In this document: piece by piece, positions 1-12,162 of the stretch
Layout: each line of letters starts with the position of its first letter
Numbering within the stretch: position 1 is the first letter of the stretch
Assembly (NCBI GenBank): GCA_012295275.1
Contig: CM022678.1
Span: 8,804,001 to 8,868,000 of the forward strand
Origin: Chrysomallon squamiferum
Taxonomy: Eukaryota; Animalia; Mollusca
Length of the DNA stretch: 64,000 bases
Direction of reading: 5' to 3'
Translations under genes and position numbers: made by a program
Notes under the pieces: generated by a model
Seen by the model: the letters and a program-made list of their open reading frames with translations, nothing else
What the model was told of the DNA's origin: nothing
The model's database searches: none

Positions 1-245
1 AACTCCCCATCTGACAGTTATTGAGTTATGCAGATATTTCTGTTCCTGTTAACATTCTGTTGATACAACTCCCATGTCCCTAGATTGTGTGGCTGTAAAA
101 ATGTGTCTAATTAAAACCACTGAAAATTCAGACTAAACTTAACTATATGAATAGAGATTAGAGAAACTTTTTAGAAAAAGATCAATGTATGTAAATAAAA
201 TTTTATTTTTATTATAATCGTTTTTACTGAAGCATTTTTAAGTGA

Positions 246-279
<34 letters not shown>

Positions 280-531
280 ATTACAAAGAAAATTTTCAGT
301 GGCAACTCAAAAGTGAGTAATGCAATTTAATCCCCGATTTGATTCATAAGATCTCATTTTCAGCATCAAGCACTGTCAGTTTTATAAAACAGATAATCTA
401 TTTCGTAAATGTGATTTTATCTTTAGATTTAAAAATAAAGTTGATTGAACTAATTGTTTCAACCATATCAGTGAAAAGATTAAAAAATAGAAAATGTTTC
501 ATAAAAGAAATAAGAACAGCAGACTGAACAT

Positions 532-608
532 GATCTTTTTGTATTTGTCATCTTTTTGTATTTGTCATCTTTTTGTGTTTGTCATCTTTTTGTGTTTGTC
601 ATCTTTTT
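532..608. repeat. 17-bp tandem repeat, about 4.5 copies
   Basis: Repeated tcatctttttgt(a/g)tttg. Confidence 0.85.
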
Positions 609-741
609 AACAGTTGTGTGGTAAAAGTTCTGAAATAAAATGACTCAATATTAAATTTAAAAAATAACAATAAAAATAAAATAAGTACAAGAAAGCTGTT
701 TTATCCATTTCTATTTATTTATTTATTTATTTATATTCCAG

Positions 742-2714
742 GTGGCAATGTAATGATCCATAAACAGTCTCTAACAGTCATAGATTTTGGTAAAGCACTT
801 AAAATTACAAATGCAGACCATTCAGCTGCTAAAGACGACATTGTTTGGATTGTCGCACTAGTTTGCAGTCTCTACACTGGAAAACCGGTTGCTTTTGCTC
901 AGCTGAAATCTGATTATGAAACAACGCTTGCAAAGGTAAAAATAGAAATAATATTCAACTTGTGCACACTTATTGTTGTTGTTATCTATATTATTATCGA
1001 TATTTTTATTCCTTTGTTATTGTTAATATCTGTATCATCATTACTAATATTATTATTGTTATTATATCATCATTATTATTATTTTGAATACATTCAAAAT
1101 TATTACAGTAAGTATTATTGGTAAGTATTATTATTTTTGTTTTAGTTCATGTTATTAATAAATATGTGTTGTTTTAATGGGGTTTTTTCTTATTATTAAA
1201 ATGACTTATTTTACATCTAATTTGATTAATTTTATTTTATTTATTATTTATTTACGTTTATTTATTTATTTATTTGCAAGCTCTGTGAAAAATTAAAGTT
1301 GAGTTTGTTATTGTTAATATCCAGTATCATTATTACTCATTTTTAATGTTGCTGTTATTATTATCCTTATTATTTTGAATATATTCAAAATTATTGTCTA
1401 AACTGTATTTTTGATGATAAAAAAATTAAAAACAATCATCAGTAATTATTATTACCTTCTTTGTTGATGACACTCTTATTGTTGTTGCTGTTATTAATAA
1501 TATTGCTGTTGTTTCTCATTTTTACAACCATTATTTTTTCTTTTGTTACTCATCATACTAAAGCAATATACAATCTGTATTTAATATATGTTCAAACTTC
1601 CACTTTACAGTTTAATGGTTTCTTCAGTGTTGTTGAAGAAATTGTTCTTACATTGTTGTATCTACATATGTATGATAAATTGATCGGATAATACTGTAAC
1701 AGCCAAAAAATTGAAATAAGAATAGTGTATTGTAGTAAATGGAGTGTGTTATCTATGATACATTATGAGTTGTCTTAAAAATGTACGTATTGGAACAAAG
1801 AAAGTTTAATTTCAGTTGGTTATATTATATTCAGGTTTAGAGCAGAATCCTCATCATCTGCAAGAAATGTCTCCAAGTGGAGCTACAGAAAAGAGGTGAT
1901 GTGTGAAATCGGAGTTGTTGTTTGTTTTCTTTTTGTTTTGTTGCAGTTGTTGTTGCTGTTTATTAATAATATTGCTTTTGTTTCTCATTATTACAGTTAT
2001 TATTTTTTTTTTCTTTCTTCAAGTACCTTAATACTTCAGATGGATTTTTCAAGATTGTTAAAGAGATCTTGCATATCATAGACAAGTTTGGAGATAATAC
2101 AGAAAGTTATCAGAGTAAAATTGATGAAGTAATTTCGAAGATAGATAAACAGCTTGAAAAGGGTATGTACCAGACTGATTAGACCCTTTATATTTTATTA
2201 GCTTAAATTTTTTTATTATTATTATATATTTTTTTTTCTGTGAGTACGTTTTGATAATTTAGTTATAAGATGTAGAATTCTGACTGATAATTAATTACGT
2301 TCCACAGGTGATTAGTGCCAGGGATGAAGAGGTGTGTTATATCAAGTAGAAATATGTTCAGTTTTGATTATTTAGTTATTCAATTTTCATGTGTTTGTTC
2401 ATTCATTTATTCATTCAATACCTCAGTTATTTATATATTTATTTTTCGTTATTTAATGTTATTCCTTTCTTGTTTTGTTTTTTTGTTTTTTTTCCAATGT
2501 CTTGTTTTTGGGGTTTTTTTTATCGTTCGTTGTCTTACTGGTTTTTTTCTTTCTTTCTTTCATCATCTGTCACTTTATACAGGTTCATTTTAAATAATTT
2601 ATTTGGATTAATGTTGACCTAAAACAATTGTTTATTCTGATGAGATACTTTTTTATTTTTTTCATGAAATTGTAGAACCTGAATTTCAAGATCTCCATCG
2701 TAATTCAGTGAAAG
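742..2714 (+). CDS. Protein kinase-like gene, C-lobe exons (5' part outside the window or lost): 742-935, probable 1841-1895, 2040-2162, possible 2676-2714
   Basis: Exon 742-935 (ccag|...|gtaaaa) reads GNVMIHKQSLTVIDFGKALK...DDIVWIVALVCSLYTG, matching kinase subdomains VIb (N), VII (DFG) and IX-like. The downstream AG/GT-bounded blocks are phase-compatible (0, 1, 1) and open: SRILIICKKCLQVELQKR / DGFFKIVKEILHIIDKFG...KQLEK / EPEFQDLHRNSVK. Only the first exon is well supported. Confidence 0.6.
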
Positions 2715-5594
2715 GTCAGTAAAGATTAAAGTTCAATTATGATGAGTGGTTGATGCAGAAAGGTGAAGGTTACTCAATAAACAGGACATAAAGATTAGAA
2801 TATTAATATATTTTGATAATCTGTCGGTATATCTGAGAAGAATATTTGTCTTTAATTAAAAAATAACTAATAAAAACACAAATACCACACATTATTTAAT
2901 TATGTGTCGAAAGGTTTAAAATACTTTTGTTAAGGGTTATGAAAATATCTGTGTGAAAATTTTGATATTTATCTATGAGTTGTACTAAAAAATGTACACA
3001 TTAGAGCCAGAAAAGTTCAATTTCAGTTGATTATAATATTAATGAACATTTAAATGAGAGAATTAGGACATTTGAAAAATGTTATTTAAGGGAATCAAAA
3101 TACAGGTTCTAATTTTTTATTTTTGTTTTATTTATATTATCATTATTATCTGTTACTTATATTTTTATTTTTTTTTTATTATTAATTCTTTTGATTTTTA
3201 GATATTTACTAATGTCCTTATTGGGAAAATTGAAGTATCTTTCTCTATGAGTTTATTATCAAGATTTTATTAATTTTCAATTTGACACCAGATTTTTATT
3301 TTTATTATTATTATTACTATTTTTTATTATTATTGATCATAGTAAAGCAACACACAATCTGTATTTAATTTACATTCAAACTTCCACTTTACAGTTTAAT
3401 GGTGTCTTCAGTGTTGTTGAATAAGTTGTTCTTACATTGTTGTATCTACATGTATGTGAAATATTGATTGTCTAACATTGTAGCAGGTGCTAAAAATAGA
3501 AATGGGAATTACGTATAATAGTAAATAGATGTTTAGTTATAAGAATAATGTATAGTAGTAAATAGTGTTTTATCTATGATACATTTGGAGCTGCCTTCAA
3601 AATGTACGTTTTGGAATAAAGAAAGTTTAATTTCAGTTGGTTATATTATTAATGAAAACTTAAATGAGAGAATTAGGACATTAGCAAAACAATTGTTACA
3701 TAAGGGACTTAAAATATTGGGTTTTTTTTTATTTTTTTTTATTTATTTATTTATTTTTTTTTTTTTTTAAATTTAAATACATTTTTTATTAAAAATTATT
3801 TCAGATTTGTAAAATTTTGATACAAGAGTGTGTGTCATTTTTCTCATTGTGCAGTAGCTGTTGTTTTTTTTTTTTTTTTTTTACTGTTACCTTTTTTTTT
3901 TTTTCAGGATTTTGTTTATTTTTCAATTTTTAATTTTATTGGTTTTTAGATATGAGAAAATTGAAACATTTTTCTCTGCTTTGAGTTTATTATCAAGATT
4001 TCTTTTTTTTCATAGTGTCAACAAACTGATTTATTTTAGAGCATAGTCCAGGAAAAAACAGTGCAATTTTAAAGACTTAAATTAATGTTTTATTTCCATT
4101 TTCAGGTGAATGGTACCATGTAGCAGGACGTTAGGACTCATTTGGAACAGTCGCAGTGGAGGTGCACAACAAGTTGGGATTTTACGGAGTTCTGTGGAAA
4201 ACATCAGGCGAGAAATTAGGAGAATTCCAAGAGATATGTCAACAACTTTAATGATTCAGCAGTGTGGGGCTTGGATTGAACATGTTATTAATTACTAGAA
4301 AATACAAGATAGTATGCAGACGTCCATGGGCTCTTTAGAAGCTGTATTGTAAATTAGGGGAAGTTCCGTTATTTTATAAACTAACAAACACTGGGATTAA
4401 CAAACTCAAAATTGGCATTTAATGTTGCAAAGTAAATTCAGAAAGGTATAACATTTGTTTATTCTGATGATATACATTTTTTTTTTTACAAGAAATTTGG
4501 ATGACATGCATAAGAAATGTCCAGACATTATAGATATCCAATATAATTCAAAAATAATTAAAGTTAAAAGTTCAGATGTGAGTGCAAATTAAAAAGACAC
4601 AGATTAGAAGTTTAATATTTATTTTTATTAACTATCAACACATTTGAGAAGAATATTTTTCTCTAATTAAAAAAATAATAATGACACAAATATCATATTA
4701 TTTAATTATGTGTCGAAAGGTTTAAAATATATTTATGTTACTGGTTATGAAAATATGTGTAAAAATTGTTTTTTTTTTTGTGTTTTTTTTATAAATTGTG
4801 CTTCTTTTAATACATTGTCTTGTCAATAGAGTAAGGAAATATTTATAATATGTAAAATTCTGATTATGTTTACTATTAAAACGCTCTTTATTTAGAGTTT
4901 TAAATTTTGTAAAAATGTAATTAATTTTATAACAACTTTTTTGATATTTTACAAGATTTGTGTTCAAAATGTATGTATTAGAACAAACAAAATTTAATTA
5001 CAGTTGATTACATTATTAATGAAAATTTAAATGAGAGAATTAGGACATTAAGAAAAATATTGTTACATAAGCAGACTTAAAATATAGGTTTTTTTTTTTT
5101 TTTACTTATATTATTTATCATTTTTGTCTTGTTAAAAGTTATTTCTGATTTATAAACCTGATACAAGAGTGTGTGTAATTTTTTATCATTACTGTGCAGT
5201 AGGTTTAATTTTTTTCTTTTATACTTTTTCTTTTGGTTTTTGTAATTTTTTTTTTTTTTTTTTTTTTTCCAATTTTTTATTTTATTCATTTTTAGATATT
5301 TACTAATGTCCTTATTGAATAAATTTAAATATTTTTCTGTACTATGAGTTTATTTAAGATTTTTTTTTTTTTTTAAACTGAATTGTTTTAAAATTGTATG
5401 TGTTTTCAGTGGTTTATTTATTATTGTTATTGTTGTTCTTTGATTTTTTCAAATTTCACCTCATTACGTTAATTTAAATAATTGAACATTTTAGCCTTGA
5501 TTTAAAGCCACTGACAATTTTTTTTTTTTTTTTTTTAAATTGGTCATCATAAAGTTTATTATGTAAAGTTTATTTATTTATGTATTTATTAATA

Positions 5595-5625
<31 letters not shown>

Positions 5626-7784
5626 GTTTTTAAAAGTTTTCTTATCTTTGTAAATAGTTTTTGTTGCATTACTAACAATTTATTTCTGGCTTTTAATAAT
5701 CTTCAAGATACAAATCTGTAATTTAAGATCTGAAGTTAAGGGTAGTTAAAATAACTGGCATAGAAGAAGCTGATATTTCCAGTTTTAGCATGACCACACA
5801 AGAAAATGGTAGAAATGGGTGTCTGACGTACACCTTTCAAATTTTGTATGACTTATAAATGTAATAAAGAGTTTGAAGTAGCTTTTGACTCAGTGTAATT
5901 GTGTGTGTTTGAGTGAGTGGGAAAAAGCATCAATATATCTTATTTGAGATTTTGTCTTCTTCACTTTTTCCCATAATGAGATATTATTACTATAATCATC
6001 AGTTACAGAGTAACTACATCACAAACATTGTCCTTGTTTGCTTGCACCTCCTCACAAGTCTGATACTCATCTGTCATATCAGTGTGAAATGTTTATAGTA
6101 TTGTTAAATGGCATTAACATTTTGAATTTGATTTTTAGTAGACAGACAGAAGGTTGTGATACTCTGTTTCAAATAGGAATAACTTTAAACGTGAAAGACG
6201 TTGATTTTTTTAATCTGGATTTTAATTTTTATAGCGCAATCTGGTTTTAACAACCAGTCTTGAAAACGAACGACTCAAATCTGAAATTATGACAAATTTG
6301 CTCGACATGGCAGGAGTAAATATACCTGATACTGTGGATGTAAAAAAAGAAATATGAGAAAAAATTTCGAACTCTCCTCCGAAACGAACCAGTTGACCAA
6401 CGAGAAGTGATTTATGCAGAGACACCACTCGCCATCGGGGAGATCCAGGTCACATGGATACAGCAGAAAATGGCAGATGCAGTTCCGGCAGTAATACACA
6501 TACCTAGTATTTGTGTACAAAAAAACAACAAAACTACTGAAAGTGTAGTGGAAACTAACAGTGCCAAGTGTCAGTGGAATTGAAAATGACATTCCTGGAA
6601 AAGAAAGACTGCACCCACTAGATCTCAGGTGAGAAACGAAGAGCTGTACAAAATAATGAAAGGCAATAACATTAAATAAGATACTGAAGATGAAACGAGA
6701 GAGTTACAGACGGATTGATGTTGACATTTCTAGCCGGAACATTTCGTCGCAGCTCGTTTGTTACGTTTATCATGGTGGTGTGCAGCTGCTGGAACTAAAA
6801 CGATGACGCTTGTATTTGAATTTGTATTTAATTATCAACTGAAAGTGTTTTGTTTTATTTTCTTTCTTTCCCAAAGGGTTATGAAACAACTGCTCCATTT
6901 GGAAAAGCTCTGGAGATGTCAAGGAGATACACAGAAGGTGAACAATCTTTAAATTTTAAAGTTCTTAGTAATCTGTATCTAAGAAAACATAGTAACAGAA
7001 ATGATTATGATAATAATGGTGATGATTATGCTAATGTTAATATAATAATAATAATAATAACAACAATAATAATAATAAATATTATTAACTTTAATTTTTG
7101 TGTTAAGGCAAAAATGTATTTTTATATCATGTTTTTGTTTTTGACACTCAATGTTGATCCTAATAATTAAGGAAATATATATTTTTTTTATAAATAATTT
7201 TTATTTTTCTATAATAAACCTTAACAGTTTTTAAGTAAAGTTGGGAATTACACAAACATAGCAAAACTTAACTATGATCTATATATGTAGCTAACCTGAA
7301 ATATATTTTCTTTGATTTTTATTGATGAATTTGTTTTTATTTTATGAGATATATTCCTGTCACTGTTTTATGCTCATCATAAATAATTATTAGTAGCCAG
7401 GATGCCTGCCAAAAATGTCTGCTAGATCATTGTAGAAGTTCAAGATGAAAGAGGAAATAAAAGAGAGAAATATACTCAGTGAATACAGAGAGAACAAACT
7501 GAAAGCTGGAAACCATTTTGAGTTAGTTAATTGTGGCTAATCCAGCTTTACTTCCAAAATTGCTAAATAAATAATCTTGATTTGCAAAGTTAATTGTGCA
7601 AGCTGAAAATAAATATCTTACTAATTTGGAGAGAAAAATCTGAAGATGACAAATTCATCTGATATGAGAGTAGTCAGACAGAGGAATTCATAAAACAGAA
7701 ACATTTTCTTAAGTAAATGGTCTGGATATATTTTACAATAATAAATAATAATAATGTGTTTAAATACTTATGTACATATAAACG

Positions 7785-8059
7785 CAGGGCTTATAATGGC
7801 CAGTCACCAAATGCTACCAAATTTCTGTTTGGGTGACTGGGATGTTAAAAAAAAGATATGATTTTTCTTTCTCTTGACATATGTTGGTATATTTGCATAA
7901 GTGACTCTTCAAAGCATATTTTTTATCTTACAAAAATTAATGATGAAGTGAGTACAGGTTTTCCTACACTCAAAAGCTGAAACATGAATATTTTTTTGTT
8001 TGGGCCACCAAAAACAAATTAGGGTCACTCAATTTATTTCAGATGAGTTTCGAGCCTTG
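7785..8059. mobile_element. hAT-like non-autonomous element (MITE), decayed
   Basis: Begins cagggcttataatggccagtc and ends tttcgagccttg, imperfect inverted termini resembling CAGGGCTCGAAAT. The left end matches the reverse complement of 18250-18323. No clean TSD. Confidence 0.55.
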
Positions 8060-8098
8060 TATGTATGTTTGTATTTACTTACATATGGTGTCTTTTGT

Positions 8099-8132
<34 letters not shown>

Positions 8133-8604
8133 TTTTGTGGTATTAAATGCTTTGTTTTGTTAGAGTCATCTGATTGTGTGTAATCTTGTCTGCACTGTGT
8201 GTACACTGAATCCCACTAACGGGGTTTGAGCAAACACCTGATTAAAACATGCATGTTGATATCTTCAGCCCTAGTTTTCAGTTTTGTATTGAAATCATGT
8301 ATAATTACATGTAACATGACATGATATCTTCAGTCCTGTTTAAATCATGTCATGCATGACATGATATGTACTGTATTTAAATCATGCAGAGTTTTTACAG
8401 ATATGTGCATTTTATTTATATTGATTTTTTATATTATGCTGGGGTTTCCTTATTTCAAAACATTAGTTAAATTAGTTCAGGAAAGACCTTTTGAGTTCAG
8501 CAGTTCATGTTGCATCCATCATTTTTTAACTAGCAAAATTCAGCAATATCAGATTTGTTTTCCCCATTAGGACAGCTGTCTCATCTGTGTATTTTTAATT
8601 TCAG

Positions 8605-9615
8605 TTCACCAACTTATCAGATGAAGAAATCAAAGTAAGTAAATTTGTGTTCTTCATTTATTTAGAATTTTACTTAAAAATGCGATTTATTTGTTATTTT
8701 AGATTAATGATATCACAATTTTTGATTAATGATAAGTCTTTGAGATCTTTCAGTGTGAAAAAAATACTTATGTAAAAAAAAAAAATATTATTTATTCAGT
8801 TATGGTTTTTTTCTTTGTTTTGGAGACAGTGTATGCTTTTAGTTTTTATTAAGTCAGTTATAATTCTTTTTTTTTCACATTTATGTTTAACTTATTATAC
8901 TAGACAATCTTCACACAAACACAAAATGTATATCTTATGGCGTATCCTCAGTCTATCAGGAATTTTATGTTTCCTGTTTACAAAATGATGTCAAAACTAA
9001 TAAAATTATTATTTTATTAACATACATTATTATTTTCAATATAATGTCAGTTTAATGTCTTTACATTAGCTTTTGATTGTATTTATATATTATGGTGTAT
9101 TTTTGGTATTTTAAACAGACTAAATTCCTGAGTCTATCTCTGGCCTTCAAGATGGACAAATTAACTCTAGAGCAGAGAAATGAGATTCAAGAAAGGTCAA
9201 GGGATATTACTGAAAAGAACATGGACCAAGAACTACATGTCTTAAGGAATGATGTTGAGGTATGTGTGAAATCAGTTCATAAAGAAAAACATATCTACAT
9301 TAATTTTGTTGAAGGTGTTTCTGAATGAAAAATTCTACTTTACCTTTAATTACGTGATTCAAATTCATCTTTATTTTAGACACATTTGTTATCTCTTAGC
9401 TTTAGATAAGTAAATAATTTGACTTTTATATTTATTTATATATAAAAGCAGTAATAATTAGTAACCACAGAATCCTACAAGTAAAAGTCAGTACAAATAT
9501 ATTGTGTGTTTTTGTAGGAGATGAGACTCAGTTGTACAATGGAAGTAATGGTTACTTGTGTTGAAAACATTAAACAATCACACAAAAAAGATCAAACAGA
9601 ACTTGATACATTTAC
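8605..9615 (+). pseudogene. IRAG/MRVI1/LRMP(JAW1)-family coiled-coil gene fragment, exons 8605-8634, 9119-9259 and 9518-~9615
   Basis: FTNLSDEEIK | TKFLSLSLAFKMDKLTLEQRNEIQERSRDITEKNMDQEL... | EMRLSCTMEVMVTCVENIKQSHKKDQTELD closely parallels the MRVI1 domain (SEKEVE..F..LSLAF..D..TLE.R....ERSRD..E.N...E; ESRVSKAVEVMIQHVENLK). Splice sites are canonical, but the intervening segment is absent and the last block has no donor. Confidence 0.75.
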
Positions 9616-10097
9616 ACTGTTTTTTCTTATCCATTCACATGTGTCACCTCTTAAACTGACAAAGATGATAATGATATTTGTATAAAAATTAAGGGTGTAA
9701 AAAATAATCAGAACGTAATATTTTTGTCAGAAGCTAATGTTAACTGTTATCTCATTACTTGCATTTCTTAATTTTTTTTATTAGCTCTAATCAGATATAC
9801 ATCGACGACAAAGGATGTTAATTCAGATAAATTATAAGGTAAATTATTTGTTGCTGAATTGAAAGCTCTTAAGAATTTATTCATATCTTTGTTGTCACTG
9901 ATGTACTTAATTAAGGATGGCATTGTTTGTGCTTTTTGTTTTCTTGTTATTTTTATTATTATTATTATTATTATTATTTCTTTTTTTTAATTTTCTTACA
10001 TTTTCCTTTCTCTGTCTTCTCTGATTCTTCCATGTCCTTGCTACTGCTGCTGTTGTTGTTGTTGTTGTTATTTTTTTTATTTTTATTATTAACAGAT

Positions 10098-10630
10098 ATG
10101 GCAACAGCTTCAGATTCCGATGATATTCTTTTGTGTTGACTTTGTATGGAAATTTACGACAAGCTGTGAGTTCTGTATCGAGGACACTTGTTCTGCACCA
10201 AATGTCTGCAGGGCTACATAAACCACACTTACAATAACAACGAGATAAAACTGTTCTTGTCCTGTTTCCATTCTGCTGTCAGGTGCAGACAAAAGTAAAA
10301 TTGTTGTTAGTGATTTTTACAATAAATGTGTAAAATGTTTTTTGTTTAGAAAGAAAATCACTGATAAACAAACACGTGACTTGCTGTAGTCCACGCAGTC
10401 TTGCTGAGTCACGTGGTCACTTTTAAACCATTCTGTCATTTTGTAGTTTATTTCAAAGAATGTTGTGATATTTAAAATATACTTGTATGTAGTCCAATGT
10501 AATCAAACAAAATTGCAATGAAATATTTATATGTTAAAAATAAAATTCTGTCATTATTTCTTTTAAATTTTAAAACTATTTTATATTGTTTCTGTCTGTC
10601 TGTACACCTACCTGTCTCTGTCTGTATAAT
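10098..10630 (+). pseudogene. Internally deleted pseudogene copy of the RING-NHL (TRIM-like) gene
   Basis: MATASDSDDILLC*LCMEIYDKL*VLYRGHLFCTKCLQGYINHTYNNNE is paralogous to the RING exon at 32569. It joins directly to SILLSGADKSKIVVSDFYNKCVKCF..KSLINKHVT..AESR (NHL start, cf. 31050-30900), then to sequence matching the 3' flank at about 29710-29890. Contains stops and a frameshift. Confidence 0.9.
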
Positions 10631-11149
10631 TACTGTGTATAATGATAATGATGAATATATTAAATCAAATAATAATAATTAACAACAACAATAATAACAA
10701 TAATAATGATGTAGTAGTAGTAGTGTTAATAGCAAACAACTTTTAATAGTACACATTTTCATCTATTATTGATTATAATAATTATAATATGTCAACAAGA
10801 AAAAGAAGGAATTAATGTTTTATTTAACAACATATATATGGTATCATTTTTTGCTTTTGCATTAAACATGTATTATGATAGATGGAGGAAGTTTGTTTTT
10901 AAAGAGACATATGATAAAATATTTTTAATTTTATTCCATTAATAACTAAACTGTACTGTAGAAAAAAAGTTCATGAAAGGAAACACAGATCTCTTCTTAG
11001 ATCATTTTCAGATCATCTGTTTTTTTTTTTTTTTTTTTTTAATAAAATAATTATAAGGTTTATATAAAGTGTGGATCAAGAGATATTTAAAAAGTGACAA
11101 AGCATAGCTGTTAATAACTTTAATAATTACTACAAGTATCTTGAAAGCT

Positions 11150-11244
11150 AAGAAATTTCATAAAAAAGGTTCTTTAAATTCATTTGGAACATTTTCTCCA
11201 TATGCTTTCTGCAATATCCATGCCAATGATGATTTTAATTTGGC
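11150..11244 (-). pseudogene. Orphan CAMSAP/Patronin N-terminal exon fragment
   Basis: After ttccag| it reads AKLKSSLAWILQKAYGENVPNEFKEPF, matching the CAMSAP/Patronin motif AK..AS..WL..KAY...VP....EPFY. One extra T in a T6 run turns PFYE into PFL*. No other CAMSAP exons seen. Confidence 0.7.
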
Positions 11245-11264
11245 CTGGAAAATATTTTTAAAAA

Positions 11265-11296
<32 letters not shown>

Positions 11297-11332
11297 ATTA
11301 ATATAAAAATAATAAAAAGATTAAAATGAAAA

Positions 11333-11372
<40 letters not shown>

Positions 11373-12053
11373 AATGACAATAGCATAATAACATTATAAA
11401 TAAGTAAAGTAAAACAAAATATAAATAAAAATAAATTAAAATCAACAATTAATAAATGAAAAAAGAAGGAAAATGAGAAGAATTTATTATCTGTGTTTAA
11501 AAGAAATTAAACTTTTACAACTGATACGGTAAAGCACTTTTACCTTGGGTGTGTGCTTTCTATGTGTCAGTGTGTGCCTGTGTTTTGTGAATCTGTTTAT
11601 TATTTGTTTTTGTTTTTTAAATTTTGTTACCTAGGTAAAAGTCAATAATACATTTAATAATATTTTATAATGTTTTATTCAGTGCTACACATGTTATATA
11701 GCTTAAATAATATGTTTTTACCAGTAACATTTTGAATTAATATTGTAATACAGGTATTTAATATAAGTTTTCATGAATATTCTGATATAAAAATAACAAA
11801 TATCAGGTTTTAGATTTTAGGTTCTTTTAGTTCTGTTTTTAATGTTAACATTGTGAATTAATATTGTAATACAGGTAAATGATGTAATTTTTCATGAATG
11901 TCCTGATATAAACAACAAAAATCACGTTTCTTTTTAATATTTTCACTTTAGATCAGTTTTTAATAGTATAGTATTTTAAACAAATGCAGTCTTGAACAAA
12001 TATACGAGTAAAAGACTAAATAAAGATAACAACTGCATAAATACATTTTACTA

Positions 12054-12162
12054 CATTGCCATTTCTTTATAGTTAGTAATATTGTTGTTTCTTTATAGAT
12101 AGTAATACTGCCATTTCTTTATAGTTAGTAATATTGCCATTTCTTTATAGTTAGTAATATTG
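12054..12162. repeat. About 26-bp tandem repeat, about 4 copies
   Basis: attgccatttctttatagttagtaat repeated. Confidence 0.8.

Noticed and set aside
936-1124. Transmembrane tail on the kinase ORF
   Set aside because: Readthrough into an AT-rich intron after the donor at 936.
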